Shown here in pieces: positions 33,977 through 35,093 of a DNA stretch of 35,093 bases (position 1 is the stretch's first letter; the number at the start of each line of letters is the position of its first letter). The notes below the pieces were generated by a model. The model was not told the DNA's origin and did no database searches. It was given only the letters and a program-made list of their open reading frames with translations. A program made the position numbers and the translations under genes. Source of the stretch: a virus (lineage: Duplodnaviria; Caudoviricetes); IMG/VR virus record IMGVR_UViG_3300025018_000340, positions 1-35,093 of that record; one strand, given 5' to 3'.

Positions 33977-35093
33977 TGGACATCAAAGAAGTCCTAGTGC
34001 AGGACTTAAAACCAGCAGAGTATAACCCCCGGATTATGTCCGACCCGATGTTCTTCTCTTTGGTGCGGAGCATTGAGGAAAACGGATTCGTCGAGCCGAT
34101 TGTCATCAACGGCAAGAAGGGCCGCGAGAACATCGTCATCGGAGGACACCAGAGACTCCGGGCAGCGAAGGAACTGGGGATGGAGAGCGTACCCTGCGTC
34201 GTGGTCTTTATGGGGGAAGCTGAGGAAAAGCGTCTGAACGTTGCCCTGAACGGAGTGGACGGCGTGTGGGACCTGGACAAACTATCGGAGGTGGTTCACA
34301 GCCTGAGCCTGCAGGACATCGATCTTGGAGGCACAGGACTGGGCGACGTCATGATCAGCGGACTACTGGACAGACGCTTCGGAGAGGAAGACCTCGAAGC
34401 GCTCGAGCCGACCGTAGAGGAAGCCATGCCGACCGGGGACCCCTCCAGTATCCCCGGGACCGTCTACGAGATCGGACCCCATAGGATCATGTGTGGCGAC
34501 TCCACCAAGCTCGAGGACGTGCAGAAACTCATGGGAACCGCGAAGGCCGACATCATCTTCACCGACCCGCCCTACAACGTGAACTACGAGTCTGACGACA
34601 AGGGCAAGATCATGAACGACTCGATGAGCGACGACGACTTCCTAAAGTTCTCCCGGGACTTTTTCAACAGCTATGCATTCCTCGCCCAGAAGGGAGCACC
34701 GGCATACATCTGCACAGGCTACAGCAGCTACGCGCTGTGGTACTACATCATGGCCAACGCAGGCTTCTACTTCAGCACGAACATCGTCTGGATGAAGAAC
34801 AGCGCGACCATTGCCTACTCGGACTACAACCGCCAGTACGAGCAAGTCATGAAGGCCAAGACGGAAGGCAAGCCACGCTGGGCGCAGGCAAAGCAAAAGG
34901 ACAAAGCCGAGGGACTTATGTACGGATGGCGAGAGGGGGAAGCCCACCCCTTCCACGGCAAGCAGAAAAGCGACGTGTGGGCCATGCCGCGCAAGGACAC
35001 CTCGAAGATGGTACATCCTACGGAAAAGCCCGAGTGGCTCATCCAGAGAGCACTCATGAACAGCTCGACCAGAGGCCAGCTCGTCGTTGATTT
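33976..35093 (+). CDS. ParB/Srx-N domain fused to beta-class N6A/N4C DNA methyltransferase (N-terminal part; not in the ORF track because it runs off the end)
   Basis: GTG 33976; MDIKEVLVQDLKPAEYNPR...GGHQRL (ParB-N); CGDS, FTDPPYNV (motif IV); continues into 225-357. Confidence 0.93.
   Translation, partial: MDIKEVLVQDLKPAEYNPRIMSDPMFFSLVRSIEENGFVEPIVINGKKGRENIVIGGHQRLRAAKELGMESVPCVVVFMGEAEEKRLNVALNGVDGVWDLDKLSEVVHSLSLQDIDLGGTGLGDVMISGLLDRRFGEEDLEALEPTVEEAMPTGDPSSIPGTVYEIGPHRIMCGDSTKLEDVQKLMGTAKADIIFTDPPYNVNYESDDKGKIMNDSMSDDDFLKFSRDFFNSYAFLAQKGAPAYICTGYSSYALWYYIMANAGFYFSTNIVWMKNSATIAYSDYNRQYEQVMKAKTEGKPRWAQAKQKDKAEGLMYGWREGEAHPFHGKQKSDVWAMPRKDTSKMVHPTEKPEWLIQRALMNSSTRGQLVVD
34870..35093. repeat. 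Terminal direct repeat, copy 2
   Basis: Matches 1-224 with one substitution. Confidence 0.97.

Noticed and set aside
528-35057. Numerous minus-strand and alternate-frame ORFs in the track (e.g. 2078-2917, 4787-5503, 20969-21739, 27187-27852, 29472-30113)
   Set aside because: They shadow well-supported + strand genes, lack recognisable motifs, and are expected from the biased codon usage.
1-35093. Stop-codon reassignment
   Set aside because: Genes are intact and densely packed in code 11, and TAA, TAG and TGA all terminate genes.

Overview
The window is an apparently complete, circularly assembled dsDNA phage genome of about 34,869 bp. Positions 1-224 are repeated at 34870-35093 with one mismatch. 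All credible genes lie on the + strand in standard genetic code. Gene order: ParB-N/DNA methyltransferase (spanning the join), small and GpA-type large terminase, portal, scaffold, major capsid, podovirus-like adaptor and nozzle, tail fibre with an S74 chaperone, and two probable ejected proteins. One of these is a ~2,613-aa polyvalent protein with J-domain, HExxH metallopeptidase and ART-like modules. A C39-peptidase lysis cassette follows, then a ~400-nt highly structured non-coding region with two HNH-like nucleases, and an early region (HTH protein, putative annealase, Zn-finger protein, VRR-NUC). I recognised no integrase, polymerase, helicase, primase, tRNA or CRISPR. The most striking signals are: the structured-RNA/HNH unit; two in-frame A_AAA_AAG -1 slippery sites (one extends the HNH, one would fuse endolysin to holin); an in-frame internal start in the endolysin; a YPDV module shared by the endolysin and an ejection protein; and near-total CCWGG avoidance. 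All family assignments come from motif recognition by eye, not database searches.
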